From positions 1 through 64,000 of the forward strand of contig CAWJCY010000011.1 in assembly GCA_963841565.1 (NCBI GenBank): 64,000 nucleotides of DNA, written 5' to 3'. Positions within the stretch are counted from its first letter, which is position 1. The number at the start of each line of letters is the position of its first letter. Positions 1-8,821 of the stretch are shown here, piece after piece. The stretch is from an uncultured Nitrososphaerales archaeon. Its GTDB lineage: Archaea > Thermoproteota > Nitrososphaeria > Nitrososphaerales > Nitrososphaeraceae. Under the pieces are notes generated by a model. That model did no database searches, had not been told where the DNA came from, and worked only from the letters and a program-made list of their open reading frames with translations. The position numbers and the translations under genes were made by a program.

Positions 1-91
1 ACTATTGGGCTATCGACGGATCCGGAACGGACCAAGGAGGTTCCGTATGCATTCAATACATGAAGAGTGACATAAAAAAACGCATTCTAGT

Positions 92-876
92 CTACGATAA
101 AGATTTGTGTTTGTCGACCTCTTGCAATACTTCGAGCAGATACTGTTTTATGTCTTGTTGTTGAACCGAGGATTGTATCCCTGACTTTTTTTCCAATTCC
201 ATTCTTTGTTCCTTGACCACATTCTCCAGGTCTGACGCTTTGGACTGCACATGCTTTTCCATTTGTGCTTGGCCGATAGTACTAAGAAAACCAGAGTCTA
301 CCTTGCTGAGATCCTTGATATATTGTCTAAGTCTGATATCTTGCGAAATGGATACTGCTGTTGAGTATAGTCCCAAAATAATCATATACGATGATAACGT
401 CAGCATAGCAAACCTAACAAATCCATATGGGGGATATGAGGCTGCAACTAGTACACCCACACCGGCTATTAAATTTAACACAAATCCATATGAGCAAAGT
501 TGAAGGTATTTTGCGACTGATTTGTTAGCTCTCATTACCTTTGCGATTGTCCAAAACGCAAATCCTAGTAATACCCCTCCAATGACACCATTAAGGGAAA
601 CATACACGTAATAATTGAAAAAGTCGGTATCTAATTCAGGAACATACAATCCAAATGTGTCTACCAAAGTGTTCGAACCAGAGATTATCTGAGATGCGAT
701 ATTCTTGATTAGTCGAATCAGTACAAAGAAAGAAGGATAAATATGGTTGTGAGAATCAAAAACAAAGAAATGCCTAAGGAGGAAAACGGTATAAAAAATC
801 GCAACATTTAATAGATACATCGACACTGAATAGGATTGTGGCAGTAGCAAAAATAGCCAAAAACTAACCTATTCAT
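92..876 (-). pseudogene. Decayed ~10-TM membrane protein (paralogue of 1232-2614) with frameshifts and a large internal deletion
   Basis: ATG at 876. Frame-hopping gives MNRLV/LAIFATATILFSVDVSI/SLGISLFLILTTIFILL/FVLIRLIKNIASQI, matching TM1-TM2 of 1232-2614. It then jumps to the TM8-10 region and tail (ASYPPYG, SISQD, STIGQAQME, ELEKKSGI, YLLEVLQEV). Confidence 0.8.
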
Positions 877-879
877 AAA

Positions 880-1185
880 TCAGTTATTACTTATGCAATA
901 GCCACGGCCTCTGCCAGAGATCTGACCAGATTCATCGCCAGAGCTATCTGGTAATCCTGCTGCTGTAGAGTTATATATTCCGCTACTATTTGTAACTGAA
1001 CTTTGGTTTGCTGAGAGGGTAGTGTTTTCTTGTGCAAATAAATTGCCAATGTTGAATGTGAAGAGGTTCTGTTAACTCAGCGGGCCATAGAATATGGTGT
1101 TAACTGTCGGGTCATACCCACTTGCCGCTGAGTTTACTACCATTGAAATCGAAGTTCTAAAGCCCTCGCCGAGATTAATGGTCAT
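880..1185 (-). pseudogene. Secreted peptide precursor 2 with an in-frame TAA at 1072-1074 (not in ORF track)
   Basis: Manual translation: MTINLGEGFRTSISMVVNSAASGYDPTVNTIFYGPLS*QNLFTFNIGNLFAQENTTLSANQSSVTNSSGIYNSTAAGLPDSSGDESGQISGRGRGYCISNN*. It has an LFAQ cleavage-like site, NxT/S sequons and an SGQISG motif shared with 2804-3055. Confidence 0.7.
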
Positions 1186-1231
1186 TGAATGGTAAGCTCA
1201 TGACGAATTAATAATACCCCAATAAGTCTCC

Positions 1232-2614
1232 CTATGTTGGTTTCTTGGTTTTGCCAACTTCCTGCAATACTTCTTCTAGATAACTCTTGATATCTTCTTC
1301 TTCCATATTTGCTTCTATTCCTGTTTTCTGCTCTAATTCCTTCTCTTGTTCCTGAAGAACGTCCTTGAAACGATCGACTGTTCTTAGTATTTCCTGCTGC
1401 ATATGCGCGGTTCCGATGCTACTCAACAAGTTTGAGTCCTGAGTAGCAACCTTCTTGATTGATTGACGTACCTGATAATCCTGGGAAATAGATATTGCCG
1501 TACAGTACACACCAAGAAAGATCATATACGCGGATAGCGGTAGAGGAATCAATGTTGCGACGCCGAATGGGGGATAAGATGCAGCCGTAAGGGTAAGGTT
1601 GTTTGATATAAAATGCAATACAAAGCCAAAAGCTGCAATTATAAGATACCTTTTCACAATGCTATCCTGACGTATGGTTTTTGCCACAGTCCAAAAGGCA
1701 ATTCCAATAAGGATGCCACCAGCTGAAGTACTCAATGAAGTAATCAACCAATAATAAAATGACTCTGTATCTGTTTCAAGAGTAATTAGCCCAAAATTTT
1801 CAAGTGAAGTGATGATTTTATACAGTATAGGCAGAGATATGACAAGCCAGAATTTTATTCGTCCTATTTTTTTAGAATAATGATGTAAGAGAAGCGCCGT
1901 TCCGGCCATCAATATAACAAATGCTATTGTATAAGTATACTGATAAGTATCAAATGTATTTGCTAAAAATGAGCCTGGCTCGAAGTAATCAGATGGAAAA
2001 GTAACTTCCGATTGAGGAGTTCTTATTGGTTCCTTTTCTGACATAAGAAGGAATTCGTTTACTGAAATGAAAGCCAGACCGAACGCGAATAATGCAAAGG
2101 ATGAAGCATATAGCAAAACAACAACGGAATTCTTATTTGTTCTATACCATGAAAAGAACCGTTGTGCGCAAAGACAGAGTATACCCACAGTCAGGAAGCC
2201 GGTAACACCTGTAACTGCTGTAAGCAAAATAGTGTGATATTTGGAGGTTATAAGGATCTCTAATACAATAAATATCATAATAGCTACTAGGAAGTATTGT
2301 GCAACAGTTACGATCAGGTGAATCATATTGAAATATCGATCTTTTGCTCTTATCTCCCGGCTATTTTCACTCACAAATCTCAAGATAAAATACTGACCGA
2401 CACTGTATACTGCGCATATGATAACGAAGAAGAATATGCTCCAACTGGAAATCAATATCGGAACGATAAAATCGCTCACATAGTTGATCATTATATCAGG
2501 TATCAAAACGGCTACCATGATACAGAAAATTACTAGGATTGTCCTACTATTGTTCTCTTTTAATTTGACTGAGATATTCCTCAGCAAAGATTTGGGGTTC
2601 TTATTTATGTTCAC
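1232..2614 (-). CDS. Uncharacterised ~10-TM membrane protein with C-terminal helical/coiled-coil tail (putative peptide receptor)
   Basis: 460-aa ORF with about 10 hydrophobic segments and a polar loop after TM5. Tail SISQD..SSIGTAHMQ..EQEKELEQKTGIEA..YLEEVLQEV is shared with three other loci in the window. Confidence 0.85.
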   Translation of the reverse strand: MNINKNPKSLLRNISVKLKENNSRTILVIFCIMVAVLIPDIMINYVSDFIVPILISSWSIFFFVIICAVYSVGQYFILRFVSENSREIRAKDRYFNMIHLIVTVAQYFLVAIMIFIVLEILITSKYHTILLTAVTGVTGFLTVGILCLCAQRFFSWYRTNKNSVVVLLYASSFALFAFGLAFISVNEFLLMSEKEPIRTPQSEVTFPSDYFEPGSFLANTFDTYQYTYTIAFVILMAGTALLLHHYSKKIGRIKFWLVISLPILYKIITSLENFGLITLETDTESFYYWLITSLSTSAGGILIGIAFWTVAKTIRQDSIVKRYLIIAAFGFVLHFISNNLTLTAASYPPFGVATLIPLPLSAYMIFLGVYCTAISISQDYQVRQSIKKVATQDSNLLSSIGTAHMQQEILRTVDRFKDVLQEQEKELEQKTGIEANMEEEDIKSYLEEVLQEVGKTKKPT

Positions 2615-2803
2615 GTTCCTTTACCATTTCAAATTTAGTCACAGACATTTAATCAAAAAAAATGTGAGGAAAAATATGACATACTGCTATTAACGTCGGG
2701 TTTGGTTTTTTTCTCATCGAACAAAAGACGGGTTTGCATACTCTGTTAACGGTTATTGAACTTCTGCATTATACTAATCCAATGCTTGTGCCATCTACTC
2801 TGA

Positions 2804-3055
2804 TTAGTCACTGTCTGTATAGCACGTGCCACCGCACCTTCCCCCTCCTGAGATGTGGCCAGACGCCTCCGTCATATTGCCCATGGTCATATTTCCTCCT
2901 GTCATATTTCCAGCCATGGTTGCATTATCAATCACAGTCTGAGCCATCGCAGGGTTTGTTACAGTGAATCCGTTTGTTACAGTGAATCCCGTCGTTGCTA
3001 GAATTCCAGCTCCTACGAAAATTGCAATCAACGCCGAGAACCTTATTTTAGTCAT
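2804..3055 (-). CDS. Small secreted peptide precursor 1
   Basis: 83 aa: signal peptide ending AMA|Q, four NxT sequons (NAT, 3x NMT), then SGHISGG-GRCGGTCYTDSD. TATA box about 25 nt upstream. Confidence 0.8.
   Translation of the reverse strand: MTKIRFSALIAIFVGAGILATTGFTVTNGFTVTNPAMAQTVIDNATMAGNMTGGNMTMGNMTEASGHISGGGRCGGTCYTDSD
2954..2989 (+). repeat. Perfect 18-bp tandem duplication (GTTTGTTACAGTGAATCC x2)
   Basis: Seen directly; encodes GFTVTN twice in precursor 1. Confidence 0.9.
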
Positions 3056-3071
3056 TAATAGATTAGATCTC

Positions 3072-3087
3072 TATAGTACTATATAAG
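3072..3087 (-). promoter_or_regulatory. TATA box (CTTATATA) of precursor 1, overlapping the palindrome TATAGTACTATA
   Basis: About 25 nt upstream of ATG 3055, typical leaderless archaeal spacing. Confidence 0.5.
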
Positions 3088-3724
3088 GAGATGTAAATCT
3101 ATAAAGGAATCCATTAGGAATTCATTTTGGATTGATTGTGATCCGCAAAAGTAAGGAACACTGCAACAATCGCCTTCTAATATCATAAATATTGGATTGA
3201 AAGAAAGATCCGAGCGCATTATTCTCCAATTAACTCTCATCTAAAAGTTCCCTGCATAATCCTTGGGAGTTACATTATGGCAAGCCAGCAATTTAAAAAC
3301 CTAGCCCTCATTGCACATGGAAGAATATCTGGGTATGAAACTTTTAATTCATAGCTAAGAACCTATTTCGTAAAGGATAACTGTAGGTAGTACGACCGTG
3401 GCAAAAAGCTTCCAAGTTATTTTCTAGTGGAAGCCTCCTGATTGTGTAAGATACGCTCTAGGTGTTCAGAAAACCTTTGCGTATATCTATAGTCCCAATG
3501 AGCAGTTTGTTACTAGTATTTGGTGAAATCCAAGAACTTATTCGGCCGGCCCTTGGAATTGGCTCTGCGTGGGAGGTCCACAAGGGCCACCGCTGTTCAG
3601 AAACTGATGCATCATGCAAGCACTATTCATCTAACAATGTTTTGTTACGCGCCCTTTTTTCAATATCTACAAAGAAAACCAACCGATTCAATCTGTGATT
3701 ATTCGAACTGAATATTAGGTGGTT

Positions 3725-4510
3725 CTAGTAAGTAAGCGAATCTATTAATCGCGCAAGAACCCTTGAATTACTCTTACGCCAATAATTGAAATACGGATTA
3801 TGCCCCGACCACCCGTTAACCATCATCTCGAAGTTTCCCAAAATGATTAATTTTTCTTTAGATCGAGAAATGGCTACATTGAGATCCTGAAGGGTCCCTG
3901 CTGCCCCTACTATCCTTTCAGAATTATTTCTAACAAGGGAGAAAAGTACTATGTCTGATTGAGTACCTAAGGCTCCTGTAGTAGTTGTTACTCTGATATT
4001 AGATATACCCATCATTTTGAGATAATACCTAATTTGCAATTTCTGCCCTGTAAACCTAGTAACCATAACTATCGATTTTTTGGTTAAAGTTCTCAAATGA
4101 TTACAAATTTTTGCGCAAGCTCTTGCTTCATGATCATTCAACCACGAGGAAGCTAGAACCTCTTCCTCAGTTCCATCCATATCCACCCATGTTATAACTT
4201 CATCGGGGTCAATAATCTCCCTATATGGGATGTCAGGAGCATGGGCTAATGTCAATCTTCTCATTGCAATATCATTCGCGGATGTTAATCCACCATACTG
4301 AGCAAATTCAATAACTAACCCTGATAATTTATCAGGAAGTCGATGCGTGATATTGAGAATGTCTGATCTAGCCCTTTTAGTTACCCACTCAATAGCGCTC
4401 GCATCTCTATTTGTTAGACCAATAGGTCTGGATTGCTTCGGATCGATTGCTCCGTCATTGATCAAAACATACGGTTCTCCCCCCCGGCAATGTTTTGGGT
4501 CTGAATCCAC
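3725..4510 (-). pseudogene. C-terminal fragment of a Upf1/Dna2-like SF1 helicase (AAA_12)
   Basis: DPKQSRP (motif III-like), HRLP, N-x-x-EA, DIVLFSLVRNN and LNVAISRSKEKLIILGN are present. Walker A/B are absent, and an unrelated gene ends just upstream. Confidence 0.75.
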
Positions 4511-4519
4511 TGGTCGACC

Positions 4520-5083
4520 CTAGAATAATTCCTGAATCACACGATTTATTAGATAGTCTCTTGTTGCTGGTTTCTTTATGAAGCAGCCAAAACTCTCAAC
4601 TGGATGGTGGATTTCTCGTATTGCTTCGTAGTTCACTTCCCCAGATGACATAAAACAAACTTTGATGTTGAGATCAAGCTTTACTATTTTTTCAACGAGT
4701 TCATAGCCATTTACGGTAGGCATGTTAATATCGACAAGTACAAGATCGTAGTAATATGGTTTGAATTCTGCTAATGCGGTTACTGGATTTGAGTACATTG
4801 ATACTTCCATAACCTGAAATTCTGACCCTTGAGCATCTTTTTTGAAATAGCTCTCAAGGCATGTCCTAATTGCTATGGCACTGTCTAGGTCGTCATCTAT
4901 TACTAGAATCTGCTTAGTAACACTAGCCAATTCATTCCCTACCTTGAAAGAGTCAGTATTTTTTATAACTGCCTTCTCAGATGGGGACGATTCAGAAATA
5001 TATTGATTTATCCTATGATTCAATCGAGACTTATCTGGTGTGCCAAAAGATATTCTCGAGTTCAGGTCCGCGATCTTTACCAC
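4520..5083 (-). CDS. Single-domain response regulator (REC)
   Basis: ILVIDDD, DLVLVDINMPTVNGYEL, FIKKP motifs. Confidence 0.9.
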   Translation of the reverse strand: MVKIADLNSRISFGTPDKSRLNHRINQYISESSPSEKAVIKNTDSFKVGNELASVTKQILVIDDDLDSAIAIRTCLESYFKKDAQGSEFQVMEVSMYSNPVTALAEFKPYYYDLVLVDINMPTVNGYELVEKIVKLDLNIKVCFMSSGEVNYEAIREIHHPVESFGCFIKKPATRDYLINRVIQELF

Positions 5084-5428
5084 TTTAGAATAATGACAAG
5101 CTCAAGTTAATATTGATTTATAGACTCCATTGTTAATTAATCAGAACAGATACTTATACTTCAGCTATGCTTGTTATGAAGAATATCCCATTTTCAAACG
5201 ACTTAATGCAATGCAATCGCAGATATAGTCATTGATAGCTACACTATCTGGTCTTCAGAATTAGAATCAACAACGTAAAAAACCTTACAGAAAAGAAGAG
5301 ATATGTTAAGCATGCTTAGTCTATGCAATAACATAAGTAACAACAGGCCATTCTATTAGCTATAAGATAAGTAGACTGACTCGGATTGGTAGATACTATT
5401 AATAGCTGTTTTTTATTGTTAAGGGTTA

Positions 5429-6601
5429 ATGCTAACGACTCTTGGAAGAGAATTCTTACTGTCTATATTATTATCATGTATCTCATTTGTTTCTGTCTAT
5501 TTGGGGGTATGTTCTGTACCGTGTAACGGCCAGTATTTGGCTTTTGCACAGGGTGATAATACCACTACTGATCTTAGTCGATCTTCGAACGCAAGTGTCA
5601 TTACTGTGAACCAGACAACTTCGGATGACGTCGAAAAATTATATAATGAGGGTTATTTAATGTCTAATCTGGGCAGATATAAGGATGCTATAAATTATTT
5701 TGACAAGGTATTGAAGATAGACCCACATCATATTGATTCATTATATTTCAAGGGCCTTACCCTTTCCGATCTAGGCAGAGATGATGAAGCCATAGAATAT
5801 TTTGATAGGCTATTAGTTCTTAAACCCGATTCGCTCCGTGCTCTAAGCAGCAAGGGTAATGCTCTATCCGAGTTGGGTCTATATGAAGAAGCGATTGTTA
5901 ATTATGATAGGGCCATAGACGTAGACCCCAAAGCTATAGGGGTTGTGCATAACAAAGCTTTTGCCCTTTTCAATCTTGGAAGATACGAGGAAGCTTTGGG
6001 TAATTACAATAAAGTATTGTCGATTGAAAAGAACAACTTAGATGCAATGAACGACAAGGGGAATACTCTTCTCAGATTACATAGGAATCAAGAAGCGCTT
6101 GACTACTTTGACAAGATACTCGCCGTTGAGCCAAATAGGGTAGACTTTGTATACAACAAAGGTCTCGCTCTTTCTAGTTCTGGCAGATATCAAGAGGCGC
6201 TTGAATACTATGATAGGGCCGTTGCTATCGATCCTAATTATACCAGGGCACTAAATAATAAAGGATTCATTTTATCTAATTTAGGGGAATACCAAGAAGC
6301 ACTTGGCTATTTTAACAAGATATTGGTCATAGACCCTAATAATGTTGATGCCTTGAATAATAAAGGATATATTCTTTTTAAAGAAGGTAGATATCAAGAA
6401 GCACTTGACAACTATGATAAAGCCCTTGCCATAAATCCTTACTATGTCAAGGCATTGAATAATAAGGGATATGCTCTATATGATTTAGGAAAATATCAGG
6501 AAGCCATAAACTATTCTGATAAAGTCCTAGCAATCGATGGTCATCACGGTCAGGCATTAGATCTTAAGGGTAAAGCCTTACGTGCGATCGATGGTGAGTG
6601 A
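5429..6601 (+). CDS. Secreted TPR-repeat protein
   Basis: N-terminal hydrophobic signal (AFA|Q) and about 9 TPR units (NNKG..L..LG.YQEAL..YDKAL.I.P). Confidence 0.9.
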   Translation: MLTTLGREFLLSILLSCISFVSVYLGVCSVPCNGQYLAFAQGDNTTTDLSRSSNASVITVNQTTSDDVEKLYNEGYLMSNLGRYKDAINYFDKVLKIDPHHIDSLYFKGLTLSDLGRDDEAIEYFDRLLVLKPDSLRALSSKGNALSELGLYEEAIVNYDRAIDVDPKAIGVVHNKAFALFNLGRYEEALGNYNKVLSIEKNNLDAMNDKGNTLLRLHRNQEALDYFDKILAVEPNRVDFVYNKGLALSSSGRYQEALEYYDRAVAIDPNYTRALNNKGFILSNLGEYQEALGYFNKILVIDPNNVDALNNKGYILFKEGRYQEALDNYDKALAINPYYVKALNNKGYALYDLGKYQEAINYSDKVLAIDGHHGQALDLKGKALRAIDGE

Positions 6602-6639
6602 ATTGGTCCCGAAAAATAATAATACCTCGATATATCTCC

Positions 6640-6792
6640 CTAAATTTGTATCCTGCTCTTGCCAACTTCCTGCAAGACCTCTTCTATACTCCTAATGTCT
6701 TCATCCATATTCGCTTCAATTCCGGTTTTCTGTTCTAATTCCTTTTCCTGTTCTTGTACGTCGTTCTTGAACCTATCAATTTTTCGAAGCAT
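6640..6792 (-). CDS. 50-aa stand-alone copy of the C-terminal tail of the 10-TM family (or a gene remnant)
   Basis: MLRKIDRFKNDVQEQEKELEQKTGIEANMDEDIRSIEEVLQEVGKSRIQI*, closely matching the end of 1232-2614 at both DNA and protein level. Confidence 0.65.
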   Translation of the reverse strand: MLRKIDRFKNDVQEQEKELEQKTGIEANMDEDIRSIEEVLQEVGKSRIQI

Positions 6793-6845
6793 TTATCATA
6801 AATATATTGAAAAAAGAGAAATCCTTCTAAAACGACCACGGAGTT

Positions 6846-7770
6846 ATGAGAAATCTGATCTCAGAAGTGAGAAATGATCAAATCGAATGGAGCAGAACCA
6901 AGGCCTTAGAGCTGGCCAACGGTGACAATAATCAAACAAAGATATACCAAAAGCTTCGGTTGGATAGATCGGCAGTTAAAGTTGTATCAGCGTCTACTGC
7001 GGTACTTATGATTGCGATGTTATTTTCATCTGTAACTTTCACGTTAGAGTCAGTTGGGCCTAATCCTGCTTATGCTAGCACATTCCCACGAGAGTGTATT
7101 GACAGAGGGAGAGATCCCAACTCCAACTTCACTAGCTTGGAATATTTTCAATGTAGACACGGAAAGTGTATTACCAACTTTGCTCCCATAGTTTGCGACA
7201 TACTCGATCCCTCAACTAAGAGGTTTTGCCCTAATGGTGACCTTGATTTCGGTACTGGATGTCCAACATCAGCTCAATCCCCCATTTCAATCAAACCTCC
7301 TCTTCCGAACTGGGATACTCTCTGCACTACCCGAGATTTTTACACTAATATTGGAACTACGGGAAAACCAGAACTTCATAATGGCTTAGACATTCCTATT
7401 CCTATAGGCACTCCGGTGTTGGCCCCTATGAATGTTACCGTGGTTGGGAAAGTGACTATAATTGGTAAGGAGGGCCGCACAGGCTACCAGTTCGAAGGTG
7501 GGAGCGTTCTATATGTTATGTCAACCGACGGAGTTCATTTGTTCGACTTTGGTCACCTTCAGAATGGATCAATAGCTAGTCCAGGAAAGGCAGTTGAAGC
7601 AGGTGATCAAATCGCACTCAGTGGTGATACAGGCAAGGCGAGCTACGGGCCCACATCTACACTTTTCCTATCACATTCGAGAGAAAGATCCTATTACTAA
7701 TACATGGTCCCCGTTCATACTGCAAGATCCTTACGAAGTTGTGAACAAGTTAAAGTCTTGTAAAAAGTAG
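6846..7770 (+). CDS. Secreted/anchored M23 family Zn-metallopeptidase with a Cys-rich N-terminal domain (frameshift near 7650)
   Basis: HNGLD (HxxxD), GTPVLAP, FGHL and GDQIALSGDTG. The +1 frame continues GPHLHFSYHI...QDPYEVVNKLKSCKK* (HxH motif) to TAG at 7770. Confidence 0.85.
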
Positions 7771-8389
7771 TGGAGGGAGGCATCTTCCTTAGAGCCTGTT
7801 ATTTCATCATGTTACTCTATCAGGGCTCCTACTTAAGATCTATTAATCACTTACCTAGCTCTATAATCCTTATCTTATCCAAGATTCTTGCATTTAATAT
7901 TGGTGGAACTAAGTCGTGGTATTCATACAATAGATGGCTTGGAACATCCATTTATACCGTCTGGAATAGTATCTGAATTCACAAATTGTCACTATTCAAG
8001 AAACTGAATTCTAGCATTGTTCTGTCTCCACATAAATATGCCAAACAAATCACATACACTTAGGTTGTAATATCTGATAAAGTACTATGATCACTAGTAA
8101 TGATGGCCTGAACGTATTACCTCCGATCTCAACAGCAACGAGTCTTATTCTGAAATCCATACAGTAAGACACATGAGTTAGATGTAATGTTACTACCATA
8201 GAGGTCATTCAGGTCGAAAACCGATTCAAGAATATATACCAAAGCTGTTTTAGTTACCAAGTCGTCGCCTCATTAACAATAACAATTCTGATTGCTGATT
8301 AAAATTCTAACCTGTGTTACTAAAATGGTAAACCTGAGCATGAACGCGTCCTCCATTAGCCTATCCACATAAAAGGTCTTGTTACAGGT

Positions 8390-8581
8390 CTACTTTTTAG
8401 AGATGGGAAATACTGGAAGGATCCATTGATCTTGCCAGACCAGATTGCATTGAGGGCAATTCGCAGTTTCAATCACCATGTTCCGTTTGACTGGATGATT
8501 CAAGATACTTAATTCTTTGGAACTGCAGCGGGGACAAACATATGTATTTCGGTTTCTGATTTCGGGTGTTCCAGAGCGCAT
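8390..8581 (-). CDS. Small zinc-ribbon protein
   Basis: CPRC...CPQC. Confidence 0.6.
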   Translation of the reverse strand: MRSGTPEIRNRNTYVCPRCSSKELSILNHPVKRNMVIETANCPQCNLVWQDQWILPVFPISKK

Positions 8582-8821
8582 TGAATTTCATATCCTAGAT
8601 CTATATTTATTTAAGATAAGACTAAAAGATACTGGATTTTCTACCATAAGATAATTTCTAAGGTATATACATTTAAATCATGAAATAGATGTGGCCATAG
8701 TTAAAAAAAAGTAAGTCACCATATTCTTGTTGGGGACCGAATGGTTATTTTAGGGTGCATAACCTTGAAGCGACTTTCTATCAATCCATCAGACTTTTCA
8801 AGATAAAGTCGGAGCATCATT

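Noticed and set aside
6659-6877. 72-aa plus-strand ORF
   Set aside because: It is the antisense shadow of the receptor-tail ORF.
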